A DNA stretch of 64,000 nt from Anaerohalosphaeraceae bacterium (GTDB lineage: Bacteria; Planctomycetota; Phycisphaerae; Sedimentisphaerales; Anaerohalosphaeraceae). The position numbers were made by a program, and so were the translations under genes. The DNA lies in contig CAXXSL010000016.1 in assembly GCA_963675525.2 (NCBI GenBank), positions 96,001 to 160,000 of the forward strand, in the 5' to 3' direction. A model generated the notes under the pieces. It did no database searches and was not told where the DNA came from. It was given only the letters and a program-made list of their open reading frames with translations. Numbering within the stretch: the stretch's first letter is position 1; the number at the start of each line of letters is the position of its first letter. Below, one piece after another: positions 49,107-60,773 of this stretch.

Positions 49107-50123
49107 ATGAATTTAAGTGACGGAAAATATTCTAAATACGCCCTGGTTCGGGAAATGATGGACACCATCAATGTCGTAAGGAACTTTGATCCAACCCAGA
49201 CAAAAACAATCGCCCCGAAGATTCAGTCGGTCGGTCGGCTCCTGCTGACGGGGGAAGGGTCGAGCCGAATTATTCCGGCCAAAAATGCCATGCGTAAGGC
49301 CCTGCAATGGGGGCTGGACCTTCAAATTTGCACGGACGGATCCCGTCAGTCTGCAGAATATGACCTTTCGAAATTTGCTGTTTTCTGCGCGTCCAATTCC
49401 GGCCGTACCAAAGAGGTTGTGCTGCTTGCAAAGAAACTGGCGGCCGAAGGCAATGACAATCGCTACGCTTTAACCGCAAATGAAAAAACACTGCTGGAAG
49501 AGGCATGCAGTGAGGCATTTGTTCTGACCTGCGGTTGGGAACAGGCGGTCGCGGCAACCAAGAGTGTGATTGAACAGGCACTATTTTATGAATCAATTCT
49601 CTGGAATATTCTCGGGCAGGATAACGCCGCGGCCTGCAAGGTATTGGCAAGCCACATTGAAACGGCACTGACGATGCCCATTGATAAAGCCATTGTTGAC
49701 GCAGCGGTCAAGGCTCCCACGATTTACTTTGCCGGTTATAATGACGGCGTGGCGGAAGAATTAACCCTTAAAACCAACGAAATCACCCGGAATAAATCCG
49801 ATTTCCTGGAAGGAACCTATGCGGTCCACGGCATCGAAGAGGTCATGGATCCCAGGGACATCGTTTTTGTTGTCGATCCAATCGATGCCGAAATCGAGAA
49901 GTTTCAGGAAGTGCTCGAAAAAGGAGTCGGTCTCAAAGTCGTTGCTATCGCCAATCGCCCAACACCGTTTACCACGATCCAGGTTCCGGATGCGGGCCCG
50001 CTGAGTCCATATGTCTATTTGAGTGCGGGATGGAATCTGCTGGTTGAAATCGGCATGGCTCTTGGCATCGATCTGGATAAACCCGAACGTGCCCGCAAGG
50101 TGGGTAACGAATTCATGGGATAG
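49107..50123 (+). CDS. SIS-domain sugar-phosphate isomerase/deaminase (GlmS C-terminal-like)
   Basis: LTGEGSS, ASNSGRTKE, EQAVAATKS, ELTLKTNE, DLDKPERARK. Confidence 0.85.
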   Translation: MNLSDGKYSKYALVREMMDTINVVRNFDPTQTKTIAPKIQSVGRLLLTGEGSSRIIPAKNAMRKALQWGLDLQICTDGSRQSAEYDLSKFAVFCASNSGRTKEVVLLAKKLAAEGNDNRYALTANEKTLLEEACSEAFVLTCGWEQAVAATKSVIEQALFYESILWNILGQDNAAACKVLASHIETALTMPIDKAIVDAAVKAPTIYFAGYNDGVAEELTLKTNEITRNKSDFLEGTYAVHGIEEVMDPRDIVFVVDPIDAEIEKFQEVLEKGVGLKVVAIANRPTPFTTIQVPDAGPLSPYVYLSAGWNLLVEIGMALGIDLDKPERARKVGNEFMG

Positions 50124-50137
50124 TCAGACTTCAGTCT

Positions 50138-51187
50138 TTACGACGCGGCGGATTCTTTTGTTTTCGTGTGACTACTGTGAATGATGCCGTAGCCCAGCAC
50201 GACCAGCAGGATGACGGCGCAGGTACTCTTGAACCACTCCGGCAGCATAAAACCGTGAGCATGATGAACCGACGACAAATTGCCCCTGAAGATGGCGTCA
50301 AGGATAATGCCGCAAACCAGAGAACTGACCACCACCGTCAGCAGAAAGATCAGCGCCGAACGTTTTCCGACCTGCGAAGCCAAAGTGACGAGCGTTGCGG
50401 CATTCGTCGCCGGACCGGTCATCAAAAACACCATCGCCGCACCGGGATTGAGTCCCTTAGCAATTAAAGCAACCGCGATCGGCACCGATGCCGTCGCACA
50501 CACATACACAGGGACCCCCAGCACCATCATCACCAGCATCGCGATGATCCCCCCCCCGCTGACGGCCAGGGTCTCCGCGAAAAAGTCTTCCGGCACCAGT
50601 GCCGAGATCAATGCCGCGATCACCAACCCCACAAACATCGCCCGGCCGATGTCGGCGGGCAAAGTAATAAAGCCGTGTTTAGCCGCACGGACAAATCGGC
50701 TTTCTTTCTTGCCGTGCGAGCAGCAGGAATCCGTACAGGCCTCTTTCTTTTCCTGCGGCGTATGCACATCATGTTTCTCAACAATATTAACAACACCGCC
50801 CCCGATCAGCCCGGTAATGAATGCCGCAACAGGACGAAAGACAGCAAATATCGGCCCCATCAGCGCATACGTAACAAAAATGCTGTCCACCCCCGTCTGC
50901 GGTGTGGATAACAGAAATGAAATTGTCGCGCCCTTGCTCGCACCATGCTTATGCAGAGACATAGATACCGGAATCACCCCGCACGAACACAGCGGCAGCG
51001 GCACCCCGAACAGCGACGCCTTAAATACCGGCCAGAATCCCCGCCCGCCCAGGTGCCGCTCGACAAGTTCAGTATTGATAAAAACGCTCAACACCCCCGC
51101 CACGGCGAACCCGAACAGCAGATACGGCGCCATATCCCCCAGCACCGACCAGAAATCCAAACAGATTGTCCTGACAAATTCGACCAT
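50138..51187 (-). CDS. ArsP/SO_0444-family metal permease
   Basis: GVPLPLCSCGVIP and GVPVYVCATAS repeats, His/Cys-rich loop. Confidence 0.9.
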   Translation of the reverse strand: MVEFVRTICLDFWSVLGDMAPYLLFGFAVAGVLSVFINTELVERHLGGRGFWPVFKASLFGVPLPLCSCGVIPVSMSLHKHGASKGATISFLLSTPQTGVDSIFVTYALMGPIFAVFRPVAAFITGLIGGGVVNIVEKHDVHTPQEKKEACTDSCCSHGKKESRFVRAAKHGFITLPADIGRAMFVGLVIAALISALVPEDFFAETLAVSGGGIIAMLVMMVLGVPVYVCATASVPIAVALIAKGLNPGAAMVFLMTGPATNAATLVTLASQVGKRSALIFLLTVVVSSLVCGIILDAIFRGNLSSVHHAHGFMLPEWFKSTCAVILLVVLGYGIIHSSHTKTKESAAS

Positions 51188-51288
51188 AACAACCGCCTCA
51201 AAAACAAGCATACTCCTAATTCCTTACGATATCCAGCAAAGATTGTTCCCAATCCCCCATTCAGAACTGCAAACTTCAGCACAAGCCA

Positions 51289-51309
51289 GTAGGGTGGGAC
51301 ATGCCCACC
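51289..51309 (+). repeat. GTAG-type REP
   Basis: GTAG-GGTGGG-ACATG-CCCACC hairpin, intergenic. Confidence 0.6.
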
Positions 51310-51500
51310 AAAAAGCTGGTAACTGGCTTGGAAATCGGCTCCTGACGCTTTTTATTCTCTCGTCAATTATTAATGAGCAAAGAAAAATTGGAAAGCTTGA
51401 GTTTTTGGCGTCGTTTTGATATCTTGAGGAAGATATATTCAGCGACATAGACTGTCGTAGAGATTAAAAAACAAACGCGATTAACTGGAGTAGAACTACA

Positions 51501-52898
51501 ATGCAAACTCGAAGCCGAAAAAAGAAAGTAGCTGCATCAATATCCTCGTTTCTTATTTGCGTCGCGGCCCTTCTGACATTAACCTCCGCAGCCATTGCCG
51601 CTGAACCCACACTGACATTTCATTCCTGGGCATCCACGCCTCCAATGGGATGGAACAGCTGGGATTGTTTCGGTACGACTGTGACCGAAGAGAAAACCAA
51701 ACAGCAGGCCGATTTTATGACCGAAAAACTCAAAGACCATGGCTGGGAATATATCGTTGTTGATATTCAGTGGTATGAACCCGGCTCAAAAGGGCATGCG
51801 TATAAGAAAAACGCGCCACTGACGATGGATGAATTCAGCCGGCTGCTGCCTGCTCCAGAAAAGTTTCCCTCCGCAGTCGATGATAACGGTTTTAAGCCGC
51901 TGGCCGACTACGTCCATGCCAGGGGTTTGAAATTCGGTATTCACATGATGCGCGGGATTCCCCGTCAGGCCGTGAAGCAAAACACGAAGATCATGGGCAC
52001 CGAGTACCGCGCCGCCGACATCGCCAGGGTCTCCAGCACCTGTCCATGGAATCCCGACATGTACGGCGTGGATATGAACAAGCCCGGAGCGCAGGAATAT
52101 TACGATTCCCTCTATGCTTTGTTTGCCTCCTGGGGCGTGGATTATGTCAAAGTCGACGACATCAGCCGTCCGTACGACACGACACAGCAAGCCGAGATCG
52201 AGGCGATCCGTAAAGCTATCGACAAAACCGGCCGTCCCATGGTATTGAGCCTTTCTCCGGGCGAAACACCCCTCAGCAAAGGATCACATGTAAACCGGCA
52301 TGCCAATTTGTGGCGCATCAGTGATGATTTATGGGATCGCTGGCAGCCTCTGTATGATCAGTTCAAACGTCTGCATAACTGGACACCTTATCGTATCGAG
52401 GGTGCATGGCCCGATGCCGACATGCTGCCGCTGGGCGTTATAGAGTTTGGCCGTATGTGTCGTTTCACCCTCGATGAACAATACACACTGATGTCACTGT
52501 GGTGCATCGCCCGTTCCCCCCTTATGCATGGCGGGGATATGACGAAAATGGATGCCTTAACGTTTGCCTTGCTGACGAATGACGAAGTCCTGGCCGTCAA
52601 CCAGCACAGCGAAAATAATCGCCAGCTCTTTCGCACGGAAGAAGGATTGATTGCGTGGATCGCAGACGTTCCCGCTTCTAAGGACAAATACCTCGCGTTG
52701 TTTAACACAACCGACGCGATGACAAAAGTACCTGCAGACCTGGCACAGTGTGGATTTACAGATTCGGTACGAATCCGCGATTTATGGAAAAAGTCGGATA
52801 TCGGCTATGAAGTTACCGGCTGTTTTGCGCCGGAACTGCCCGCTCACGGTTCCGGCCTCTATCGCGTCTTTGCCGAGACGACCTCCGGGCAAAACTAA
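51501..52898 (+). CDS. Secreted glycoside hydrolase family 27 (alpha-galactosidase/beta-L-arabinopyranosidase)
   Basis: TPPMGWNSWD, VVDIQW, WGVDYVKVD, WRISDD, WPDADMLP. Confidence 0.92.
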   Translation: MQTRSRKKKVAASISSFLICVAALLTLTSAAIAAEPTLTFHSWASTPPMGWNSWDCFGTTVTEEKTKQQADFMTEKLKDHGWEYIVVDIQWYEPGSKGHAYKKNAPLTMDEFSRLLPAPEKFPSAVDDNGFKPLADYVHARGLKFGIHMMRGIPRQAVKQNTKIMGTEYRAADIARVSSTCPWNPDMYGVDMNKPGAQEYYDSLYALFASWGVDYVKVDDISRPYDTTQQAEIEAIRKAIDKTGRPMVLSLSPGETPLSKGSHVNRHANLWRISDDLWDRWQPLYDQFKRLHNWTPYRIEGAWPDADMLPLGVIEFGRMCRFTLDEQYTLMSLWCIARSPLMHGGDMTKMDALTFALLTNDEVLAVNQHSENNRQLFRTEEGLIAWIADVPASKDKYLALFNTTDAMTKVPADLAQCGFTDSVRIRDLWKKSDIGYEVTGCFAPELPAHGSGLYRVFAETTSGQN

Positions 52899-52933
52899 CT
52901 TACAGCTTCCGGGTGAGATTTCTTCTGATTGAT

Positions 52934-52969
52934 AAGACTCTGTCCTGAGTGGGATAGAGTCTTCTTTTT
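52934..52969 (+). terminator. Rho-independent terminator
   Basis: AAGACTCTGTCC/GGATAGAGTCTT stem plus T-run. Confidence 0.75.
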
Positions 52970-53025
52970 ATCCTTAATTTCATGCCATTATCGATTCTCA
53001 AGCAAAAACACCGAACGAAATCTCC

Positions 53026-53054
53026 TTGACAGGGTATAACTCTGAAGATATGCT
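53026..53054 (+). promoter_or_regulatory. fbaB promoter TTGACA-17-TATGCT
   Basis: Near-consensus match with canonical spacing. Confidence 0.65.
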
Positions 53055-53090
53055 GGAAAAAGTAAAAATAATTCTAAGAGAGGTGTAATT

Positions 53091-54140
53091 ATGGACAGAA
53101 TTACAGAAATTCTCGGAAATGATGCTGACGACCTGCTCACTCACCAATGCAAAACCATTCCGAAAGACTCGCTTCACCTGCCGGGATCGGACTTTGTGGA
53201 TAGAGTCATGGCGATATCAGACCGCTCGCCGCAGGTTTTACGCAACATGCAGACTATTTATGACCACGGCAGACTGGCCGGCACCGGCTATGTATCTATC
53301 CTGCCGGTCGATCAGGGTATTGAGCACTCGGCCGGGGCGTCATTTGCGCCCAATCCGATTTATTTCGACCCGGAAAATATTGTCAAGCTTGCCATTGAAG
53401 GCGGCTGTAATGCCGTCGCTTCGACGCTGGGCGTGCTGGGAGCCGTTTCGCGCAAATACGCCCACAAAATCCCCTTCATCGTCAAGATTAACCATAACGA
53501 GTTTCTAAGCTACCCCAACAGCTACGACCAGCGCCTGTTCGCAAACATAGAACAAGCCTACGACCTCGGGGCTGTTGCTGTGGGAGCAACTATTTATTTC
53601 GGCTCGGAAGAATCCAACCGACAAATCGAGGAAATCTCGGCCGCCTTTGAACAGGCCCACAATCTGGGTATGGTAACGATTTTGTGGTGCTATCTGCGTA
53701 ATCCGGCGTTTAAAACGAAAGAGCAGGATTATCATACTGCCGCGGATTTGACCGGGCAGGCTAATCATTTGGGCGTCACCATTCAGGCAGACCTCATCAA
53801 ACAAAAACAACCTACCTGCAACGGCGGATACACCGCCCTGAATTTCGGCAAGACACACAAACTGGTCTATGAAAAACTGACCAGCGACCACCCCATCGAC
53901 CTGACACGCTATCAGGTCGTCAATTGCTACATGGGCCGCTCCGGCCTCATCAACTCCGGCGGGGCCTCCGGCGAAAACGACCTCCAACAGGTCACAGCCA
54001 GCGCCGTCATCAATAAACGCGCCGGCGGAACCGGACTCATCAGCGGACGAAAAACGTTCCAGAAACCCATGAAAGAAGGAGTCGAACTCTTCCACACCAT
54101 CCAGGACGTCTATCTAAACAAAAACATCACTATCGCGTAA
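53091..54140 (+). CDS. fbaB: Class I fructose-bisphosphate aldolase (DhnA/FbaB)
   Basis: [40 protein letters not shown]. Confidence 0.96.
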   Translation: MDRITEILGNDADDLLTHQCKTIPKDSLHLPGSDFVDRVMAISDRSPQVLRNMQTIYDHGRLAGTGYVSILPVDQGIEHSAGASFAPNPIYFDPENIVKLAIEGGCNAVASTLGVLGAVSRKYAHKIPFIVKINHNEFLSYPNSYDQRLFANIEQAYDLGAVAVGATIYFGSEESNRQIEEISAAFEQAHNLGMVTILWCYLRNPAFKTKEQDYHTAADLTGQANHLGVTIQADLIKQKQPTCNGGYTALNFGKTHKLVYEKLTSDHPIDLTRYQVVNCYMGRSGLINSGGASGENDLQQVTASAVINKRAGGTGLISGRKTFQKPMKEGVELFHTIQDVYLNKNITIA

Positions 54141-54147
54141 TTGACAC

Positions 54148-54179
54148 AAAAAAGCCCCTGCGGATTAAGACAGGGGCTT
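54148..54179 (-). terminator. Intrinsic terminator between the convergent fbaB and esterase genes
   Basis: AAGCCCCTG-N10-CAGGGGCTT with an A-run on the left. Confidence 0.75.
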
Positions 54180-54209
54180 GAGATGTTGTGTTTGAAAAAA
54201 CAGCGGATG

Positions 54210-55004
54210 TTACTTCTCGCCCATCAGCTTTTTAACGGTCGGCTCGATCGCCTCGGCCCAGATTTTATATCCTCTTTCATTCGGATGCAGCAGATCCGGC
54301 ATAATATCCCGCGGCAGGTTTCCGTTCGCATCAAGGAACTTGTCATTGATATCCAGGTAGAAAATATGCTTACCGTCAGCAATCTTCGAAGCCAGCTTGC
54401 TGGCTTTGTTATTCTTGGCCCACTGCGCATTAAATGCCGCGCCATGCTCTTTGTCTTTGCGCTGCTCAGCATCACCACGTGGAAAAATCGCCAGCATTAA
54501 AATCTTTGTCTGCGGCAATTTAACCCGCATTTCGGCACAGACGGCCTTAATACCGTCGGCAATCTCCTCAGCGGTATTATCGTCTCTATTGGAATTATTC
54601 GTCCCGATCATCACGATCGCCAGTTTCGGACGGATACCATCGATCTCACCGTGATCAAACCGCCACAGAACATGCTGCGTACGGTCGCCGCCGAATCCCA
54701 TATTGACGGCCTTGCGCGGGGCGTAATACCTCGCCCACATGTCTTTTCCTGCCTTTTCAAAGCCGTGCGTGATCGAATCACCCACATAAATCAGATCGAC
54801 ATCACCGGAAGCAATCTCATCCAGCACTTTTTGATGCCGCGGAAGCCACCACTCCACATTCGCCCGGTCTGCCGGCATCACAGCCGAATGCGTCTTATCC
54901 GCTAAACCATACAGATCGCCCCGTTGCCCGTCTTGGCACCCGCCCAAAACAGAAACCAGCAAACACATTCCAACAAATGTCAATAAACGTCGCTTCATCA
55001 TCAC
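54210..55004 (-). CDS. SGNH/GDSL esterase lipoprotein (PAF-AH Ib-like)
   Basis: GDSIT, GFGGDRTQH, IGTNN, DLLHP catalytic blocks; lipobox LGGC. Confidence 0.9.
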   Translation of the reverse strand: MMMKRRLLTFVGMCLLVSVLGGCQDGQRGDLYGLADKTHSAVMPADRANVEWWLPRHQKVLDEIASGDVDLIYVGDSITHGFEKAGKDMWARYYAPRKAVNMGFGGDRTQHVLWRFDHGEIDGIRPKLAIVMIGTNNSNRDDNTAEEIADGIKAVCAEMRVKLPQTKILMLAIFPRGDAEQRKDKEHGAAFNAQWAKNNKASKLASKIADGKHIFYLDINDKFLDANGNLPRDIMPDLLHPNERGYKIWAEAIEPTVKKLMGEK

Positions 55005-55044
55005 AACCTTTCAAATAAAGTGAACATTAAATTCCTTTCAGCAT

Positions 55045-56070
55045 TCAATCAACCGGATAATGCTTCCAGTCGCCCAACTCATCAAGTGTGATCACATCCT
55101 TATCGTCGTAAACGGAACGCAATATTGTCTCATCTATTTGGCCAATGTATCCATTCCATACAGAAAACCAGCTCCACCATGTGCCTTCTTTTCTGACTTT
55201 CTCCAGATCCGGCAATGTTCCCGTTTCCGAAAGCGTCACCAGCTTGACGTCTTTAAAACGACTCTGAATATGGTTCCAGTGTCCGGCCATACTGGAATCC
55301 GGCTTCATATAAATATCCATCCCCACAATATCCACATACCCATCCCCCGGATACCATGCCGGATTTCCATCCGTCGTAAACACCCAAATCAGATTGTGCA
55401 AGCCGTGATAATTCACAAAACGGTCATACATCAACCGCCATAATTGAATAAAAGGCTCCGGCCCCTTGGCCCCCCACCAGAACCAGCGTCCCGACGCTTC
55501 ATGCAGCGGCCGCCACAGAACCGGCAAGCCAGCATCCTGAAATTTCGCCAATTCAACCGCAATCGCATCCATATCCCGGATCAGCAGCTTGTATTTTGTC
55601 CCCTCAGGATTCGCCAGCGCGGCCTCAACATCAAACGTCGTCGCACGCGTATAAAAACCCGACCACCACGCTCGGTCCGGCGGCTGATTCCGCAAATCCG
55701 TCGGCGCATTCCAGTGCCAGCTCAAACTGACGATCCCGCCGCCATCCTTGGCCCACTGAATAGTACGCTCAACCATCCGTCTTGGATTAGCGCCGCATTC
55801 AATACGCGACGGCGAATACTCCATCAAATCAAACGCCCCCACCGCCGGCTCCTTGCCGGTAACAGACTTAACATGTCGAATATCCCAAAAGCTCTGCTGA
55901 CCGGCAAGAATCTTCTGCCCGTACTGGTCAAGCAGAAAAGACATCAGCGACCGGGTTTCCTTCGTTGCCTGCGCATCAGTCAGCGTTTTCGGGGGTCGAC
56001 CGCAAAGACCCGCCTGCGCCAAAACTAAAAGAATCGACCAAACAAGAATAAATTGTCTATTCCGCCCCAT
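55045..56070 (-). CDS. Secreted GH26 beta-mannanase-like hydrolase
   Basis: SWHWNAP, LWRPLHEASGRWFWWG, WYPGDGYVDIVGMDIY, LSETG. Confidence 0.93.
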   Translation of the reverse strand: MGRNRQFILVWSILLVLAQAGLCGRPPKTLTDAQATKETRSLMSFLLDQYGQKILAGQQSFWDIRHVKSVTGKEPAVGAFDLMEYSPSRIECGANPRRMVERTIQWAKDGGGIVSLSWHWNAPTDLRNQPPDRAWWSGFYTRATTFDVEAALANPEGTKYKLLIRDMDAIAVELAKFQDAGLPVLWRPLHEASGRWFWWGAKGPEPFIQLWRLMYDRFVNYHGLHNLIWVFTTDGNPAWYPGDGYVDIVGMDIYMKPDSSMAGHWNHIQSRFKDVKLVTLSETGTLPDLEKVRKEGTWWSWFSVWNGYIGQIDETILRSVYDDKDVITLDELGDWKHYPVD

Positions 56071-56141
56071 TTATCGTCCCGGGTAAAATCATTACAATGC
56101 CCTTAGCATAGCCGCAAGACCGGTATCCGTCAAGAGTTCAC

Positions 56142-56177
56142 AAAAAAAGACCCTCACCGCGAACAGTGAGGGTCTTA
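56142..56177 (-). terminator. Terminator closing the 16S-only transcription unit
   Basis: AAGACCCTCAC/GTGAGGGTCTT stem plus T-run, about 100 nt past the 16S 3' end. Confidence 0.8.
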
Positions 56178-56271
56178 ATAGGTCTACAGTTGGTGCATAA
56201 CTTAAAGCATTGAAACGCCTGACGATCACCGTCGTTAAGAGCAAAATTGCTCCGACGGAGTCTAAATTATC

Positions 56272-57828
<1,557 letters not shown>

Positions 57829-58051
57829 ATATTGTAGAATCTGCCCCCGAAGGAGCAGTATCCTGACATTATTTGGAATCAACTTAAAATCTCGCTCACG
57901 CAACGAGAAACCTATGTTGATGGTGTCTCCCGATAAATCGGGAAACGGTTAACACACCAATATTATGGTTTTGGGACAAAACCCGACCAAACGTGAATAA
58001 GGCCAGGTTGTCACGCCTCGTTGCTTTAAGCAAATGGCACCAACTGTTAAC

Positions 58052-58296
58052 TTGTCAAAGAACATTTCCGACAACGGATATCTCCATTGCCTTGTTTTTA
58101 GAGAAAAAACAAGCGTCCAAGCACGAACGAAACCGTTTTAACTTGTCCGCTTCCATCACTCCGAAAATACCAATCTAAGCCCTTTCGTGCGTTTCGTCAA
58201 CTGAAAAAATACAATTTTTCAAGTTTTTTAACCGCCTCAAGCAAACCGATCAGTATCAAGGGGACGGATAGTACCCAAAGGCACCGACGATTGCAA
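58052..58296 (-). promoter_or_regulatory. rRNA leader: tandem promoters (TTGCAA-17-TACTAT at 58268-58296; TTGACG-17-TAGATT at 58172-58200) and boxA (TGTTCTTTGACA at 58053-58064)
   Basis: Consensus matches at canonical spacing upstream of the 16S gene. Confidence 0.72.
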
Positions 58297-58434
58297 GAGG
58301 CAATTTAAAAATTTTCGAAAAAAGCGTCGAAACCACCGATTTCGCGGACTACGCCGGGTTTTTAGACGGGATTTACTGAACAATATCGATTAAACTGGAG
58401 GAGCGTAACAGGAACCGTCATAAAGGACACGATC

Positions 58435-58854
58435 ATGGTGAAAACACAGATGTTGGACATCCAAACCAAGGGCAACTGCGATATTGTAGATATTACGGCG
58501 GCCGTGCAGGAGGCGGTTGCGGTGTCAGCATTAACGGATGGCACGGTCACGGTGTTCAATGTGGGCTCGACGGCATCGATTACGACGATCGAATACGAGC
58601 CGGGGTTGGTCAAGTATGACATTAATGCGGCACTGGAAAAGATCGCCCCGCAGAACGGCCGGTACGAACATGAAGAAACATGGCACGATGACAACGGCCA
58701 CGCCCATGTGCGCGCAACGCTGCTGGGGCCGTCGCTGACCGTGCCCTTCTGCAGCGAAAAACTGACCCTCGGCACCTGGCAGCAAATCGTCCTGATCGAC
58801 TTTGACACACGCCCCCGCACCCGCAAAGTCGTCTGTCAGATCATGGGGGAATGA
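58435..58854 (+). CDS. yjbQ: YjbQ/UPF0047 family protein
   Basis: GSTASITTIEYEPGL, DNGHAHVRA, LGTWQQIVLIDFD. Confidence 0.93.
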   Translation: MVKTQMLDIQTKGNCDIVDITAAVQEAVAVSALTDGTVTVFNVGSTASITTIEYEPGLVKYDINAALEKIAPQNGRYEHEETWHDDNGHAHVRATLLGPSLTVPFCSEKLTLGTWQQIVLIDFDTRPRTRKVVCQIMGE

Positions 58855-58959
58855 AATCAGTAATCAGTGAACGGCAAGTCGTTTTTTCGCTGATTTTTAG
58901 TAACATTTTGCTTTTGGGGGCGTCGTAAGTTATGATAGGCGTCAAATTCGGGAGGAATT

Positions 58960-59988
58960 ATGCAGAACCGCAATCAGTTATTTGATTTTGCCGTTGACCA
59001 GCACGCGACGGACATTCACATCTGTGCAGGCGCTCCGGTGCAGCTTCGTATCGGCCGGAAACTCAAACCCGTCACGGAAGAACTGCTGACGCCGGACAAA
59101 AGCCGGCAGCTTTGCTACGAGATGCTGACGGCCGAGCAGATCAAAGAGTTCGAGGAGGATCTGGATTTTGACCTGATGCTGGCGTATAGCGGGGCGCGGT
59201 TTCGGATCAATGTGGGGTACTTCAACGGGGCGGTCGGTGCAACGGTTCGCGTCTTGAGCGGCGATCCGAAAACGCCGGACGAATTATTCCTGCCGGAAAC
59301 AGTTAAAACACTGGCACAAAGGGATAAGGGCCTGGTACTGATTACCGGCAGCACCAGTCAGGGCAAGACGACCACGATGTCGGCGATGATCGACCATATC
59401 AATATGACGCAGAAAAAGCACATCGTCACCATTGAGGACCCGATCGAGTATATTCACACCAACAAGAAAGGTATCGTCCGGCAGCGCGAGGTCGGCCGGG
59501 ATACGAAATCGTTCGCGACGGGCCTGCGGGCGGCACTGAGGCAGGACCCGGACATCATCGCGATCGGTGAAATGCGGGATTATGAAACGATCAAGATCGC
59601 CCTGACCGCGGCGGAGACGGGCATTCTGGTGCTTTCGACGCTGCACGTTATTTCCATCGACAAAATGGTCGAACGCATTCTCAGCTATGCTCCCGATGAA
59701 GGTGAAAACACGGTCCGGTTTCTGCTGGCTGAGACGCTTCAAGGCGTGGTCCACCAGGAACTGCTGCCGCTGGTAGCCGGCGGGCAGCGCGTGGCCTGCG
59801 AGATTCTGGTCAGCACCAGCGGCGCGAAAAATATTCTCCGGCGGAAAGGCGGCTATCACCTGCGGACGGTGATCGATACGGGCAGGAAATACGGCATGCG
59901 TACGATGAGCGAATCTATTGAGGATTTGCTGAATCAGAAACTCATCGGCCCGGAAACCGCCAAGCGTGTGATGGTGAATTACTCGTAA
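58960..59988 (+). CDS. pilT: PilT/PilU-family type IV pilus retraction ATPase
   Basis: ATDIHI, GSTSQGKTTT Walker A, TIEDPIEY, ALRQDPDIIAIGEMRD, STLH. Confidence 0.9.
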   Translation: MQNRNQLFDFAVDQHATDIHICAGAPVQLRIGRKLKPVTEELLTPDKSRQLCYEMLTAEQIKEFEEDLDFDLMLAYSGARFRINVGYFNGAVGATVRVLSGDPKTPDELFLPETVKTLAQRDKGLVLITGSTSQGKTTTMSAMIDHINMTQKKHIVTIEDPIEYIHTNKKGIVRQREVGRDTKSFATGLRAALRQDPDIIAIGEMRDYETIKIALTAAETGILVLSTLHVISIDKMVERILSYAPDEGENTVRFLLAETLQGVVHQELLPLVAGGQRVACEILVSTSGAKNILRRKGGYHLRTVIDTGRKYGMRTMSESIEDLLNQKLIGPETAKRVMVNYS

Positions 59989-60025
59989 GTTTTTTTGTCT
60001 CGGTACGGTTAGAACAGGAAATGCA

Positions 60026-60646
60026 ATGAACTCTTCACGAAACGGTTATGCGGCTTTGATCGTGCTGGTTGCGGTGGCGATCATCGCGATCATGATAGCC
60101 ATTCAGATGCGGGCGATTTTCGGCACGAATCTGCCGTCGCAGCCGATCGGGACCGAGCAACGGCCGTGGCTGCTGGATAAGCAGATCCTCGGCGCCGAGG
60201 AGGGTGTTAAGATGCCCAAGTCTCCCAAGCCGCAGTTGGAAGAAGACTTCAGCATCAGTGGAATTGTCACGCGGAATAACGCCGAGCGCGGCACCGTAAC
60301 GATTTTCTTTGAAAGCAACGGACGCATCCGGGCAACGTGGAGCTGCGACTATTCGCATGAGCAAACGGCCTATCGGATCGGCGCGGAGATAGCCGGCAAC
60401 ATCGACGCGGGCGTCCACTTTACGGATGAAAACGGCAAGGATAAAAGCCGGCTGTTTTTCGTCGGCAAGGGGACCTATTTCAAGGAAACGACCACGGCTG
60501 ATACCGGAACCGCGGTGGAAAAAGGAACCGCTTATGTTCAGGGGTGGCTAAAGCCCGGACGGGTCGGCGGAGGGTTTTGTCTCCATCAACCAGGGGCAAG
60601 GACTGGGTTGCGGCATACGAATGGGGCCGCCCCGCCGGCAAAATGA
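60026..60646 (+). CDS. Hypothetical protein with pilin-like N-terminal helix (3' end probably affected by indels)
   Basis: RNG|YAALIVLVAVAII prepilin-like segment; downstream of pilT. Confidence 0.6.
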   Translation: MNSSRNGYAALIVLVAVAIIAIMIAIQMRAIFGTNLPSQPIGTEQRPWLLDKQILGAEEGVKMPKSPKPQLEEDFSISGIVTRNNAERGTVTIFFESNGRIRATWSCDYSHEQTAYRIGAEIAGNIDAGVHFTDENGKDKSRLFFVGKGTYFKETTTADTGTAVEKGTAYVQGWLKPGRVGGGFCLHQPGARTGLRHTNGAAPPAK

Positions 60647-60773
60647 TTGGTAAAAGAATCACGCAGAAAATACGAGGTCGGCTTATAACGCAACCGCGTT
60701 GATGGTGGGACGTATTGAAATCAAGGCCTCTATTGGGGTGTTATTAACCGTGTCGCATACAGGAGTACTGATT

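Noticed and set aside
50280..51419. 379-aa plus-strand ORF
   Set aside because: Antisense shadow of the metal permease gene
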